Positions 26,261-35,440 of a stretch of 64,000 bases of DNA are shown piece after piece. Source of the DNA: an uncultured Candidatus Saccharibacteria bacterium (lineage in GTDB: Bacteria > Patescibacteriota > Saccharimonadia > Saccharimonadales > JAGQNJ01). Under the pieces are notes generated by a model, which made no database searches, was not told the origin of the DNA, and saw only the letters and a program-made list of their open reading frames with translations. The stretch covers positions 49,492 to 113,491 of the forward strand of contig CAZBGZ010000002.1 of NCBI GenBank assembly GCA_964491925.1, in the 5' to 3' direction. The translations under genes were made by a program, and so were the position numbers. Each line of letters opens with the position of its first letter. Position 1 is the first letter of the stretch.

Positions 26261-27118
26261 ATGATTCAAAAACATAAACATAAGCAAATTCCGGTTCCTG
26301 GTATTCTGACCTCTGTTCCAGATGCCCCAGAAACGTTATTTTGTATAGGTGACACTCTGGATTATTTGCTCAAAAAACCGCGCATTGCCATTGTTGGATC
26401 GCGGAAAATGACCACCTATGGCCGTGGTATTACAGAGAAATTTTCTAGCGAATTAGCAGGCAAGGGTGTGGTGATAGTCAGTGGACTAGCATACGGAGTA
26501 GATGCTTGCGCACACCAAGCGGCTACTGATGCTGGCGGGGAGTGTATAGCGGTCTTAGCCTGTGGCTTAGAACAGATGTATCCCGCTGCAAACAGACTGC
26601 TGGCCAACAAACTAGTTGAAAGGGGTGGTGTGATTGTCTCCGAATACCCTAAAGGCACCGAGCCGCTAAGGCACCGTTTTTTAGAGAGAAATAGGATTAT
26701 TTCGGGGCTTGCTGATGCGGTGCTAATAACAGAGGCTGCCGAGCGCAGTGGAAGCCTAAATACCGCAGGCCACGCACTGAACCAAGGCAAACCAGTCCTG
26801 TGTGTACCAGGTAATATAACTAGCCCTTTGTCAGGCGGAACAAATAATTTGATTAAAAGTGGCGCTCACCTAGTTACTGACATTGACGACATTCTATCGA
26901 TTCTAGGACTCGACAAATCAAACCAGAGCACTATGCCCATAGCCCTAAACCAGGAAGAATTTATTTTATTGTCCCTGTTAAAAGACGGTGTTTCTGATGG
27001 CTCTGAATTAGCATGTAAAAGTGAGCTAAGCGCATCTATGTTCAACCAAACTCTAACTATGCTAGAAATCGAAGGTAAAATAAAACCTCTCGGCAACAAC
27101 CACTGGGCCATCCACTAG
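26261..27118 (+). CDS. dprA: DNA-processing protein DprA
   Basis: 285 aa; IAIVGSRKMTTYG...VSGLAYGVDACAH...RNRIISGL Rossmann-like DprA core. Confidence 0.9.
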   Translation: MIQKHKHKQIPVPGILTSVPDAPETLFCIGDTLDYLLKKPRIAIVGSRKMTTYGRGITEKFSSELAGKGVVIVSGLAYGVDACAHQAATDAGGECIAVLACGLEQMYPAANRLLANKLVERGGVIVSEYPKGTEPLRHRFLERNRIISGLADAVLITEAAERSGSLNTAGHALNQGKPVLCVPGNITSPLSGGTNNLIKSGAHLVTDIDDILSILGLDKSNQSTMPIALNQEEFILLSLLKDGVSDGSELACKSELSASMFNQTLTMLEIEGKIKPLGNNHWAIH

Positions 27119-27143
27119 CAACCTTGCTTTTTATACTTATGGT

Positions 27144-27152
27144 TGTTATAAT
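27144..27152 (+). promoter_or_regulatory. extended -10 element, leaderless-type spacing
   Basis: TGTTATAAT; 9 nt to ATG at 27162. Confidence 0.5.
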
Positions 27153-27161
27153 ATACAAATT

Positions 27162-28055
27162 ATGGTAAACAGAGAAGCTGACTTCCACCAGAACGGATTA
27201 GCGTCACCTATAATAGTTGCGGTTGATAATGGCGGAACAAATACCAGAATTGAAGCGTGCATCGGTGGCGAGCCGATGGCTAGCCATACATATGCGACAC
27301 CAACAGACTACTACAGCGCAATCACAGCTGTCGACCATACCATTCGCCAGCTCACAGGTGGGGTGCCCGTGGATGCAATTGGCTTCGCAGTTGCGGGGAA
27401 AGTTGAAGATGGAGTAATTACAAGCGCAGGGGAACTTCAAGACTATGGCTGGTGCCAACTTCCTTTTCAAAATGATGTTGCTGCAGCCCTAAATATTGAA
27501 CCTTCTAAGGTAAGGCTACTAAACGATTGTGTAGCTGCAGCAAAAGGACAAAGCGTTGACAGCATAAAAAGTGGTGAAGCCACAACAGCATTTGTCGAAA
27601 CAATAAGTACCGGATTCGGTGGAGCTGGTTTTGATGGCGACCGTTTAATCCCTGATGAACCAGGGCATGAGTTTTACAAGGATGGCGCAACTTGTGGTTG
27701 CGGAAGCATCGGTTGTGCAGAGGCTCATATTAGTGGTAGCGGGATCGAGCGGAAATACGGTATCCGAGCCGAAGATTTACCCGATGAAGTATGGGGTGAA
27801 GTAGTAAGGGACGCGGTTAATATACACGTAGATCTGCTAAACAGGCTCCATCAGGGTGGGCTAACCCCCGAAGTGGTTTATGTTTTTGGCAGTGTTGGCC
27901 TAAAATCTAGGCTAATGCTCCCTGGTATTACAGCGGGACTAATTGAAAATAGAGATAGATTATCCTTCCTACCTCTAGTAAAGAGAGCGACTCATGGTGA
28001 TGATAGTGGGTTAGTTGGTGCCCGCGAAGCAGCAAAAGAACTAGTTACAATATAA
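27162..28055 (+). CDS. ROK-family sugar kinase-like protein
   Basis: 297 aa; VAVDNGGTNTR ATP-binding start and CGCGSIGCAEAHISG zinc-binding ROK motif. Confidence 0.75.
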   Translation: MVNREADFHQNGLASPIIVAVDNGGTNTRIEACIGGEPMASHTYATPTDYYSAITAVDHTIRQLTGGVPVDAIGFAVAGKVEDGVITSAGELQDYGWCQLPFQNDVAAALNIEPSKVRLLNDCVAAAKGQSVDSIKSGEATTAFVETISTGFGGAGFDGDRLIPDEPGHEFYKDGATCGCGSIGCAEAHISGSGIERKYGIRAEDLPDEVWGEVVRDAVNIHVDLLNRLHQGGLTPEVVYVFGSVGLKSRLMLPGITAGLIENRDRLSFLPLVKRATHGDDSGLVGAREAAKELVTI

Positions 28056-28138
28056 ACCCGCTATTTGCTTTTTATATTTGCAAGATGTACTATCCTTGCT
28101 TGTATTAATAAGAAGGTTGCTCTAGCATAAGCAAGTAC

Positions 28139-30427
28139 ATGGCAAAAAATTTAGTAATAGTAGAGAGCCCGGCAAAAGCCAAAACGATCGAGAAATATCT
28201 GGGTAGTGACTTCACGGTCAAAAGCAGCATGGGTCATATCCGTGCACTACCTAGTAAAAACGGCAGCATAGATGTAGATAACAACTTCAAACCTGTGTTC
28301 GAGGTAGATCCCGGCAAACGAAAAATCATATCAGAGCTAAAAAAAGCCAGCAAAGCTGCCGATGCAGTCTGGCTAGCAAGCGATGAAGACCGCGAAGGGG
28401 AGGCAATAGCTTGGCATTTGGCAGAAGTACTTGGCTTGGACCAAAAGACCACCAAACGAATTGTTTTTCATGAAATAACCAAATCAGCCCTGGACAAAGC
28501 CGTTAAAAACCCTGGCGCAATAGACGACAAACTGGTCCAGGCCCAACAGGCCAGGCAAGCCCTAGACTATCTAGTAGGTTTCGAACTAAGCCCTGTTCTA
28601 TGGCGCAAAGTCGGACCAAAGCTTAGTGCAGGAAGAGTACAATCTGTGGCCGTAAGGTTAGTAGTAGAGCGTGAACGCGAAATAAAAGACCACGCCCCAG
28701 AATCTACATTCAAACTACGGGCAACCTTCAAATTGACTGACGGCACAGAGCTAATCGCTGATGCTCCAACAAAGTTCAAAGACAATGCAAGCGTTAAAAA
28801 AGTCCTGGAAGCATTTGCCCAAAGTGACTTTAAAATTGCCAATATCAGTAAAAAACCTGGTTCGCGTAGTCCCTCGGCGCCATTTACCACCAGCACCTTG
28901 CAACAAGAAGCCAGCAGCAAGCTCGGCTATAGCCCACGTAGCACTATGCAATTGGCACAGCGTCTATATGAAGCAGGATTAATAACCTATATGCGTACTG
29001 ACTCAGTTAATCTGTCCAATACTGCTCTTGGCGCTATGACTAATTTTATAAAGAAAGAATACGGCGAGAATTACCACCAATTTCGCACATTCAAGTCAAA
29101 AAGCAGCAACGCTCAGGAAGCTCACGAAGCCATCCGCCCAACAGATGTCAGTAAGCCTAAGGCAGGTGCTGACGCTCAACAAGAGAAACTATATAACCTT
29201 ATCTGGCGCCGAGCATTATCTAGCCAAATGGCGCCGGCAAAATTAGAGAAAACAACTATTAGTATTGACGTCAGCAAAAGCGACGAAGTACTAGAAGCAA
29301 AAGGCGAAGTGGTAATATTTGATGGTTTCTTGAAGGTTTACGGCCGATCTGGTGATGATACTCTTCTACCGCCCGTTAAGGCTGGCGAAAAGCTAGTCTT
29401 GGTCCAGGCCGAAGCGACCGAGAATCTCAGCAGGGCAGCAGCACGATACACCGAGGCAACCTTGGTCCGTAAACTAGAAGAAATGGGTATAGGACGGCCT
29501 AGTACCTATGCACCGACAATCGGCACTATTCAGGCACGTGAATATGTGGAGCGGGCAGATGTAGAAGGTGAGGAACGCCAAATCCAAAAACTAGTTTTGA
29601 GACAGGGTAAGCTTACCGAATCTAAAGAGCCCTTTATGTACGGCAAAGACTCTAACAAACTCGTGCCCACGGATACCGGCTTGGTTGTGACTGACTTTTT
29701 GGTCAAACATTTTAGTGGCGTGATGAATTATGATTTCACCAAAGAGATCGAAGAAGAGCTTGATGATATTGCTGAAGGGGAAAAAGACCGCGTAACGGTA
29801 CTGAAGCATTTCTATGGGCCATTCCACAAATTAGTCGAGGACAGCGCTGATATCACCCGGAAAGAGGCTAGTCAGGCCCGTTTGGTTGGCCTAGACCCTA
29901 ACGGAAAACAGCCAATTTACGCCCGTTTTGGCAAATATGGCCCGATGCTCCAGCGCGGCGAGCAGTCTGATGACCCAAAACCGACTTTTGCACCAATGCC
30001 GGCAGGCAAAAAGCTAGATGACGTTACTCTAGACGAGGCGCTGAAGATGTTTGCCCTGCCAAGAACCGTAGGAAAAACAGAAAAAGGCGAAGAAATCGTC
30101 GCAAACATCGGACGGTTTGGACCATATGTCAAAGTCGGTAGCGTTTTTGTGTCTATAAAACCACATGATCCATTCACAATCGACGAAGTCACAGCCAAAC
30201 AGCTTTATAAAGAAAAGCTAGACGCTGAAAAGAAAAAGAACATCAAAGCATTCGACAGTGGTATAAAGGTTATCAATGGACCATTCGGGCCATATATTAC
30301 TGACGGAAAAAAGAATGCCAAAATCCCAAAGGATTTGAAACCAGAAGATATTGAAGAAGAGCAGGCCAAAAAGATTCTAGACGAAGCTCCAGCCCGCAAA
30401 AAACGAGTCATCCGCCGTAAAAAGTAA
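28139..30427 (+). CDS. topA: DNA topoisomerase I
   Basis: 762 aa; N-terminal Toprim LVIVESPAKAKTIEKYLG, DEDREGEAI, ITYMRTDS active-site Tyr region, Lys-rich C-terminus. Confidence 0.95.
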   Translation: MAKNLVIVESPAKAKTIEKYLGSDFTVKSSMGHIRALPSKNGSIDVDNNFKPVFEVDPGKRKIISELKKASKAADAVWLASDEDREGEAIAWHLAEVLGLDQKTTKRIVFHEITKSALDKAVKNPGAIDDKLVQAQQARQALDYLVGFELSPVLWRKVGPKLSAGRVQSVAVRLVVEREREIKDHAPESTFKLRATFKLTDGTELIADAPTKFKDNASVKKVLEAFAQSDFKIANISKKPGSRSPSAPFTTSTLQQEASSKLGYSPRSTMQLAQRLYEAGLITYMRTDSVNLSNTALGAMTNFIKKEYGENYHQFRTFKSKSSNAQEAHEAIRPTDVSKPKAGADAQQEKLYNLIWRRALSSQMAPAKLEKTTISIDVSKSDEVLEAKGEVVIFDGFLKVYGRSGDDTLLPPVKAGEKLVLVQAEATENLSRAAARYTEATLVRKLEEMGIGRPSTYAPTIGTIQAREYVERADVEGEERQIQKLVLRQGKLTESKEPFMYGKDSNKLVPTDTGLVVTDFLVKHFSGVMNYDFTKEIEEELDDIAEGEKDRVTVLKHFYGPFHKLVEDSADITRKEASQARLVGLDPNGKQPIYARFGKYGPMLQRGEQSDDPKPTFAPMPAGKKLDDVTLDEALKMFALPRTVGKTEKGEEIVANIGRFGPYVKVGSVFVSIKPHDPFTIDEVTAKQLYKEKLDAEKKKNIKAFDSGIKVINGPFGPYITDGKKNAKIPKDLKPEDIEEEQAKKILDEAPARKKRVIRRKK

Positions 30428-30487
30428 AATTCTGGATATCAGACACTGAACGCTATATTCTAGAATATTGTTTTATGCGTATTTTTA

Positions 30488-30496
30488 TGCTATAAT
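30488..30496 (+). promoter_or_regulatory. extended -10 element, leaderless-type spacing
   Basis: TGCTATAAT; 6 nt to ATG at 30503. Confidence 0.5.
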
Positions 30497-30502
30497 ATAA
30501 TA

Positions 30503-31129
30503 ATGAACTTGGTAGAAGTAGAAGATTTTGGTATTGAATCTGCATGCAACCCAGATCAACTGTACGGACTTTTAAAAAGGCAGCTTTCAGGGGAATTACC
30601 AGTATTCATTGATGATTGTGGTGGGGATTCAACTGAATCGCTCGATAGGTTCACTGATGTTGCGAATGCCCTGGGCATTGAACAAAGGGCTACATATACT
30701 ATTTGGATTGGGCACGAACTATATGGTGAGCCTCAGTTTCACCAACCCAACACCAGTGAGTATGGTCGTTTTTCCGATCAAGATAGGTCATGGCATGTGG
30801 ATGGTACAAATATTGCAGAAGCCGGGCCCAGATTGCCATTTTATTTTGACATGATTAGTGGACGAGTCGAAGTAACTTTTATACCGATACTGCCCAGGAA
30901 TAAACAAACAGCCCAGTGGGATGGGAATGTCATACAAGAATATGAATCAGGATTAATAAAGGTTGATACAAGAGTTTTATTACCAGTCGCATATCAAACA
31001 GCGCTGGGAATTGGTCAAAGACTTTCGTTCTTAGCGTTGGGGGATGACAGAACTTTGCATAAATTTCATTCGTTAACAACTGAAAGAAAATCAACTAGCA
31101 CAACTTTTAAAGTATCGGCTCAACAATAA
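30503..31129 (+). CDS. hypothetical protein (WHVDG HxD-type motif; possible cupin/dioxygenase-like fold)
   Basis: 208-aa ORF; only SWHVDGT...LHKFHS noted. Confidence 0.45.
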   Translation: MNLVEVEDFGIESACNPDQLYGLLKRQLSGELPVFIDDCGGDSTESLDRFTDVANALGIEQRATYTIWIGHELYGEPQFHQPNTSEYGRFSDQDRSWHVDGTNIAEAGPRLPFYFDMISGRVEVTFIPILPRNKQTAQWDGNVIQEYESGLIKVDTRVLLPVAYQTALGIGQRLSFLALGDDRTLHKFHSLTTERKSTSTTFKVSAQQ

Positions 31130-31235
31130 CTACTCTATTTAAACCCGCGCGTAGAGCAAGATAAAAAAATTCTGGCATCCAGGCATGTATAAAGTGCGTA
31201 ATTTTGAGCTTTGCAAGAAGCAATACGGTAGTAGA

Positions 31236-31244
31236 TGTTAAAAT
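31236..31244 (+). promoter_or_regulatory. extended -10 element, leaderless-type spacing
   Basis: TGTTAAAAT; 6 nt to ATG at 31251. Confidence 0.5.
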
Positions 31245-31250
31245 TTAGAC

Positions 31251-31736
31251 ATGCAGTTTGTCAGTAATGCGCCGAAAGATTATGATTGTCCTATTTGTTT
31301 AGGGTTGCAGGGCAGTGATAGCGAAAAAACTTTGCTGAGAGAAACGGATGTGGTTTATAGGGACGCTTTAGTTACCGGGTTTATTAATTCTTTCTTTATG
31401 GGGAACAATCCTGGTCATGTGATTTTGGTGACCAACAAACACTTTGAGAATATCTACGATATTCCTATCGAATACAGTCATAGGGTTATAGAGGTTGCCG
31501 GCAAGGTTGCTGTCGCTATGAAACAGGCTTACGGTTGTGACGGCATAACCACCCGGCAAAATAACGAGCCAGCCGGTGACCAGCATGCATTTCATTATCA
31601 TTTTCACATTTTCCCTCGCTATAAGGACGATGGTTTCAACAAAGTCCAGCCCTCAGATAAACGCCTAGCCCCACCAGAAGAAAGGGCAGAATATGCACAT
31701 AAGCTATCTGCAAAACTAAAAAATCCCAACTCTTAA
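31251..31736 (+). CDS. HIT-family nucleotide hydrolase/transferase
   Basis: 161 aa; histidine triad HAFHYHFHIFPR. Confidence 0.85.
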   Translation: MQFVSNAPKDYDCPICLGLQGSDSEKTLLRETDVVYRDALVTGFINSFFMGNNPGHVILVTNKHFENIYDIPIEYSHRVIEVAGKVAVAMKQAYGCDGITTRQNNEPAGDQHAFHYHFHIFPRYKDDGFNKVQPSDKRLAPPEERAEYAHKLSAKLKNPNS

Positions 31737-31783
31737 AACCCTTGTGCTTGCTTGTTTGTACTAACGGTGTATAAAAGTTAGTT

Positions 31784-32362
31784 ATGGCTGTTACTTTGCC
31801 GTCGATGGAAATTGAAACCTCTGGTGGCCCGTTGCATCAGGCCTTCCAGATTGCTGCAGAAGCCCACGGCGATCAAATGTACAGAGAAGGATGGCCCTAC
31901 ACGGATCATCTGCTAGAGGCCGCTAGACTAGCATGGGATATGGGTTACGCCAAAGAGGTGCAGGTGGCCCTATTGTTGCATGACACCCTTGAAGATACTT
32001 ATTTAACAGCCGAGAGACTTATAGGCCTAGGTGTAGCGCAAGTATGCGTAGATGGGGTTGTTGGAATGACCGCTTTTGATACCGACACAACGAAAGAAAA
32101 AATTGGTCGGGCACGTTCACACCCGTTAAGTCATATCGGAAAAGTCTGTGATAGCAGCAGTAACCTGGCGTCAACTATTCGGGCGGTGGCTTTAGAGGAA
32201 TTACCAACTATAGCAGGTGAATTTGCTCCTGACGATCCTGGCTTGAGACTCCACAGAATTCACAAATATTCGACCTATTTGGGGTTGCTCGAACCAGGCC
32301 TGCCGTCCCCAGGAGATATCCGTCAATGGTTGGACCAGCAACCCCCAGAACACAGGTTATAA
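31784..32362 (+). CDS. HD-domain protein resembling RelA/SpoT-type (p)ppGpp hydrolase domains
   Basis: 192 aa; AHGDQMYREGWPYTDHLLE...ALLHDTLEDT matches the H...HD...D pattern of the SpoT hydrolase/HD_4 type. Confidence 0.65.
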   Translation: MAVTLPSMEIETSGGPLHQAFQIAAEAHGDQMYREGWPYTDHLLEAARLAWDMGYAKEVQVALLLHDTLEDTYLTAERLIGLGVAQVCVDGVVGMTAFDTDTTKEKIGRARSHPLSHIGKVCDSSSNLASTIRAVALEELPTIAGEFAPDDPGLRLHRIHKYSTYLGLLEPGLPSPGDIRQWLDQQPPEHRL

Positions 32363-32379
32363 ATGCTAGAGTCGAACAA

Positions 32380-32649
32380 ATGCCGTACCTAATTGACACA
32401 AGTGAGCTTGAGGCACGTGCAGCAACCCTTGCTGTCATTGAAAGTAGCCTGGGCCCAGAACTTGATGCATGCGAGACTATACTCGCAGACCTTTCTCTTA
32501 TGGCTGAGCGTGCCATGGGTGGCATCATGTGCGGAGTTAGTGCTGCGCAACTGGTTGGGTTGTCCAGCGGCGAGGACTTAGTAGGCGATATAATACCAAC
32601 CAGGGGAAACTCTTTCGTGGGGGGTATTTGGCGACAAAATCTGTGGTGA
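32380..32649 (+). CDS. hypothetical small protein
   Basis: The track ORF begins at 32326 inside the HD gene. ATG 32380 (MPYLIDTSEL), 17 nt after the HD stop, is preferred. Confidence 0.4.
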   Translation: MPYLIDTSELEARAATLAVIESSLGPELDACETILADLSLMAERAMGGIMCGVSAAQLVGLSSGEDLVGDIIPTRGNSFVGGIWRQNLW

Positions 32650-32864
32650 CGCCCGATGTAGTATATACCGAGATAGCGGATGTATCTGCTGGAGGATCAC
32701 CAGTCCCGTCTTTGATATTTAGACCTGTGGAGCTCGACGAGTTAACAGAGTTTGTCCGCAGTTACTTTCCTGGGCATACCGTAAACTATCCCGCAATTGG
32801 GGTACCACTAGTCGGCAACCTCATCTCGGTCAAAAGGCTCCAGCCAAACATCATGATGCCATAG
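32628..32864 (+). CDS. hypothetical small protein, translationally coupled
   Basis: Track start is TTG 32628. GTG 32646 overlaps the upstream TGA (GTGA), suggesting coupling. Confidence 0.35.
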   Translation: MATKSVVTPDVVYTEIADVSAGGSPVPSLIFRPVELDELTEFVRSYFPGHTVNYPAIGVPLVGNLISVKRLQPNIMMP

Positions 32865-32873
32865 TGTTAGAAT
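32865..32873 (+). promoter_or_regulatory. extended -10 element, leaderless-type spacing
   Basis: TGTTAGAAT; 9 nt to ATG at 32883. Confidence 0.45.
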
Positions 32874-32882
32874 TAGTTTAAT

Positions 32883-33308
32883 ATGAAAGTTCTATTTGTA
32901 TGTGATCATAATCGCGGACGTAGCCAGATGGCAGCAGCCTTTTATAACAAATTTACGACTGCTGGGAGTGCTGATTCTGCAGGCACAACAGTCCTAACGC
33001 CGGGACAAACTATTGAACAGCGCGCCGAAGTTTCTGAAGGGTCAAAACATCTTTTGACCACAATGGATAACGAAGGCCTTGATATAAGGCAACGGGTCCA
33101 ACAGCCAATAAACCAGGGCATGATTGATAATTACGACTTGGTTATAGTTATGGCCGAGGAAAAATCTATACCAGACTACGTCAAAAACAGCGTTAAGTAT
33201 AAATTCTGGCAAGTCGAAGACCCACAGTCTAAAGGCCCAGAAAAAACAGAAGAAGTAAAGAATATAATCAAACAAAAGGTCCAAAACCTTATCAGACTTA
33301 AAGGCTAA
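32883..33308 (+). CDS. low-molecular-weight phosphotyrosine phosphatase / ArsC-type arsenate reductase family
   Basis: 141 aa; VLFVCDHNRGRSQMA = CX5R(S) P-loop at the N-terminus. Confidence 0.8.
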   Translation: MKVLFVCDHNRGRSQMAAAFYNKFTTAGSADSAGTTVLTPGQTIEQRAEVSEGSKHLLTTMDNEGLDIRQRVQQPINQGMIDNYDLVIVMAEEKSIPDYVKNSVKYKFWQVEDPQSKGPEKTEEVKNIIKQKVQNLIRLKG

Positions 33309-33345
33309 GGCCCCCGATAAAAAAACTAGATCCAATTGAGTACGC

Positions 33346-33374
33346 TTGACATTGACATAATGCAGGTATATATT
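33346..33374 (+). promoter_or_regulatory. canonical sigma70 promoter TTGACA-17-TATATT
   Basis: -35 at 33346-33351, 17-nt spacer, -10 at 33369-33374, then a ~36-nt leader with GGAG (33403-33406) before ATG 33417. Confidence 0.5.
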
Positions 33375-33416
33375 GTCTTGATAGTTAACTGGTGGGCATA
33401 ATGGAGATATAGAATC

Positions 33417-33893
33417 ATGATTAAAACCATCAAACTACTCCTTGTATCAGTAATGACCTTTTTGACTTTTACTATGGCTGGCTTTTCGGTGCCTCGAGTA
33501 GCAGCAGCTGCAACCGCAGAATCATACCCAAATCGAAGAGCTAGACATATAGAGTGGCATAATCAAGGTGGACCAAAGACATCCAACAGGATTACCACAA
33601 CTCGTAGTATTGACGGCCATGGCTGGATTTGTGTTGACGCCAACTTTGATGATGGCCCATTTGATGTCTTGACGCGTTATCACTGGTACATAGAGGAATA
33701 TGTTCCTGGAAGAGGTTGGGTCGAACAGCGACAATCAACAGAGTACAACGCGAATGGCAACCTGGATCATGCTTGCTACGACAATAAAATTGAAATCGGG
33801 AAAACCTACCGCGTTTTATTCGATCCCACACGCTCCACTTACATGGAAGGCACTTTCCACGTTTACGGCTATTTCATAAACTATCCGAATTAG
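33417..33893 (+). CDS. small secreted two-cysteine protein, paralog B
   Basis: 158 aa; signal peptide ending AAAATA. Core GWICVD...YHWYIEE...GW...ANGNLDHAC...LFD aligns with 17939..18445. Confidence 0.6.
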   Translation: MIKTIKLLLVSVMTFLTFTMAGFSVPRVAAAATAESYPNRRARHIEWHNQGGPKTSNRITTTRSIDGHGWICVDANFDDGPFDVLTRYHWYIEEYVPGRGWVEQRQSTEYNANGNLDHACYDNKIEIGKTYRVLFDPTRSTYMEGTFHVYGYFINYPN

Positions 33894-33957
33894 TCGACTG
33901 AAATATTAAATAAACTATTTTTTCCCATTATTATAAATTAATACATGCATACATAGT

Positions 33958-33966
33958 TGCTACAAT
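33958..33966 (+). promoter_or_regulatory. extended -10 element, leaderless-type spacing
   Basis: TGCTACAAT; 9 nt to ATG at 33976. Confidence 0.5.
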
Positions 33967-33975
33967 GTAGGGTAT

Positions 33976-34881
33976 ATGAAAAAAATTGTTGTTACACAAT
34001 TGATGGAATTTACACCAGAGCAATCTGATCGCATCAATAAACTAGGTGAGGTTGTTGAATATAAACAGCTGGCAAAAAGTCACGAAGAATGGCTAGATCG
34101 AGTTAAGGACGCCGACGTAATCTGCACGGGAAAGTTCGGTTTTAAACAAAAATGGCAAGAACTACACAATACTTTTGTGTCTCTACCATTTGTCGGGGTA
34201 GGCTTTTTGGATCCTGCCGTTTTAAAGCAGAACAACGTCATTGTCTCGCGTAGCCCCGGGTGCAACCGTCATGCAGTATCTGAATGGATTATTGCCATGA
34301 TATTGGTTATGACACGCAGATTAGATACCTATATTAATGTAGCATCAATGCCCACAGGAGAACTCCCACCTAATGATTTCGGCTTGTTCGAAAAAAACAT
34401 TACTATTCTCGGCAAAGGATTTATTGGCATCCGCGTTGGAGAGATAGCCAGCGTGCTAGGAATGAATGTTACCTATTTCACCAGAGACAACGACCTAATA
34501 AAATCAGTCAAAAATGCAGACATTATTGTTAACACCCTTAGCCATAACTCTTCGACGGAAAATATTTTGAACCAAGAGTTTTTCAATTCATTAAGAAAAA
34601 ACAGTTATTTTGTCACTGTTACGTCTTATGAAATATTCGATCAAAAAGCACTGTTTAATGCTCTCGACTCAGGTATATTAGCTGGTGCAGCAGTTGACTG
34701 TGCCAGTGCTCAAGTAGGTAGTAGTGATAGTCCAGACTACAAAGTCATGAAAAACCATTCGAAGGTACTGGCTACTCCACATATAGCAGCTTTTACAGAT
34801 GTGGCCGAAAGAATTAGAAACGACATGATGATAGAAAACATCGAAGCCTGGCTGAACGACAAACCACAAAACATTGTATGA
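33976..34881 (+). CDS. D-isomer-specific 2-hydroxyacid dehydrogenase family
   Basis: 301 aa; NAD-binding ILGKGFIGIRVG, catalytic-region ATPHIAAFT. Confidence 0.8.
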   Translation: MKKIVVTQLMEFTPEQSDRINKLGEVVEYKQLAKSHEEWLDRVKDADVICTGKFGFKQKWQELHNTFVSLPFVGVGFLDPAVLKQNNVIVSRSPGCNRHAVSEWIIAMILVMTRRLDTYINVASMPTGELPPNDFGLFEKNITILGKGFIGIRVGEIASVLGMNVTYFTRDNDLIKSVKNADIIVNTLSHNSSTENILNQEFFNSLRKNSYFVTVTSYEIFDQKALFNALDSGILAGAAVDCASAQVGSSDSPDYKVMKNHSKVLATPHIAAFTDVAERIRNDMMIENIEAWLNDKPQNIV

Positions 34882-35423
34882 AAAGTTTAGAAATAGTTGA
34901 GTTTGGGGATCCGATACTTCGTAAAACCGCCAAAAAGATATCTGTTTCTACTATCAAGTCGGCTGAATTTCAAAACCTAATTCGTGATATTCGTACCTTT
35001 TTGCTGAATGAAAAATTGGGTGTGGGGCTGGCAGCGCCGCAAGTCGGGGAGGGCCTAGCGCTGTCCGTTATCGCTATCAGGCCGACAGAGCACCGACCGA
35101 CAGTAAAAGAATTCGATCTAATCATTATCAATCCAAGCTACAAGGGGCTAGGGGATAAGAAAGAAATGTGGGAAGGATGTATCAGTTCTGGTGCCGGGCA
35201 AGCTGGACTTTTCGCAAAAGTGCCACGTTATAAGAAAGTAGAAGCAACATTTTGGGATGAGAATGGGCAAAAACAAACGAAACAGTTTTCAGGACTACCA
35301 GCACAGGTAATACAGCACGAAACAGATCATCTGAACGGAGTATTATTCGTAGACAAAGTAGCTGACACTAAAACGTTTATGACGATGAGCGAATACCGCA
35401 AACAGATCACGCCCAAAAAATAA
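34878..35423 (+). CDS. def: peptide deformylase
   Basis: 181 aa; GVGLAAPQVG, EGCIS, HETDHLNG motifs; ATGA overlap with the upstream gene. Confidence 0.92.
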   Translation: MKSLEIVEFGDPILRKTAKKISVSTIKSAEFQNLIRDIRTFLLNEKLGVGLAAPQVGEGLALSVIAIRPTEHRPTVKEFDLIIINPSYKGLGDKKEMWEGCISSGAGQAGLFAKVPRYKKVEATFWDENGQKQTKQFSGLPAQVIQHETDHLNGVLFVDKVADTKTFMTMSEYRKQITPKK

Positions 35424-35424
35424 C

Positions 35425-35433
35425 TGATACAAT
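35425..35433 (+). promoter_or_regulatory. extended -10 element, leaderless-type spacing
   Basis: TGATACAAT; 7 nt to ATG at 35441. Confidence 0.45.
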
Positions 35434-35440
35434 TAGTTAT

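Noticed and set aside
30424-31185. Direct repeat AAAATTCTGG(A/C)AT..CAG flanking the ORF at 30503..31129, and the ATTCT/AGAAT palindromes at 30462 and 15553
   Set aside because: Only 10 nt are perfect and AT-rich, which is within chance expectation. There is no integrase or other mobility signature.
31784-32864. Compositional (GC-rich) island suggesting horizontal transfer here and at 14384-15533
   Set aside because: Hand counts give about 53% GC, against about 33-42% in some other stretches. However, core genes such as the ROK kinase and murG are also about 50-53%. A proper windowed calculation against the whole genome is needed before any claim.
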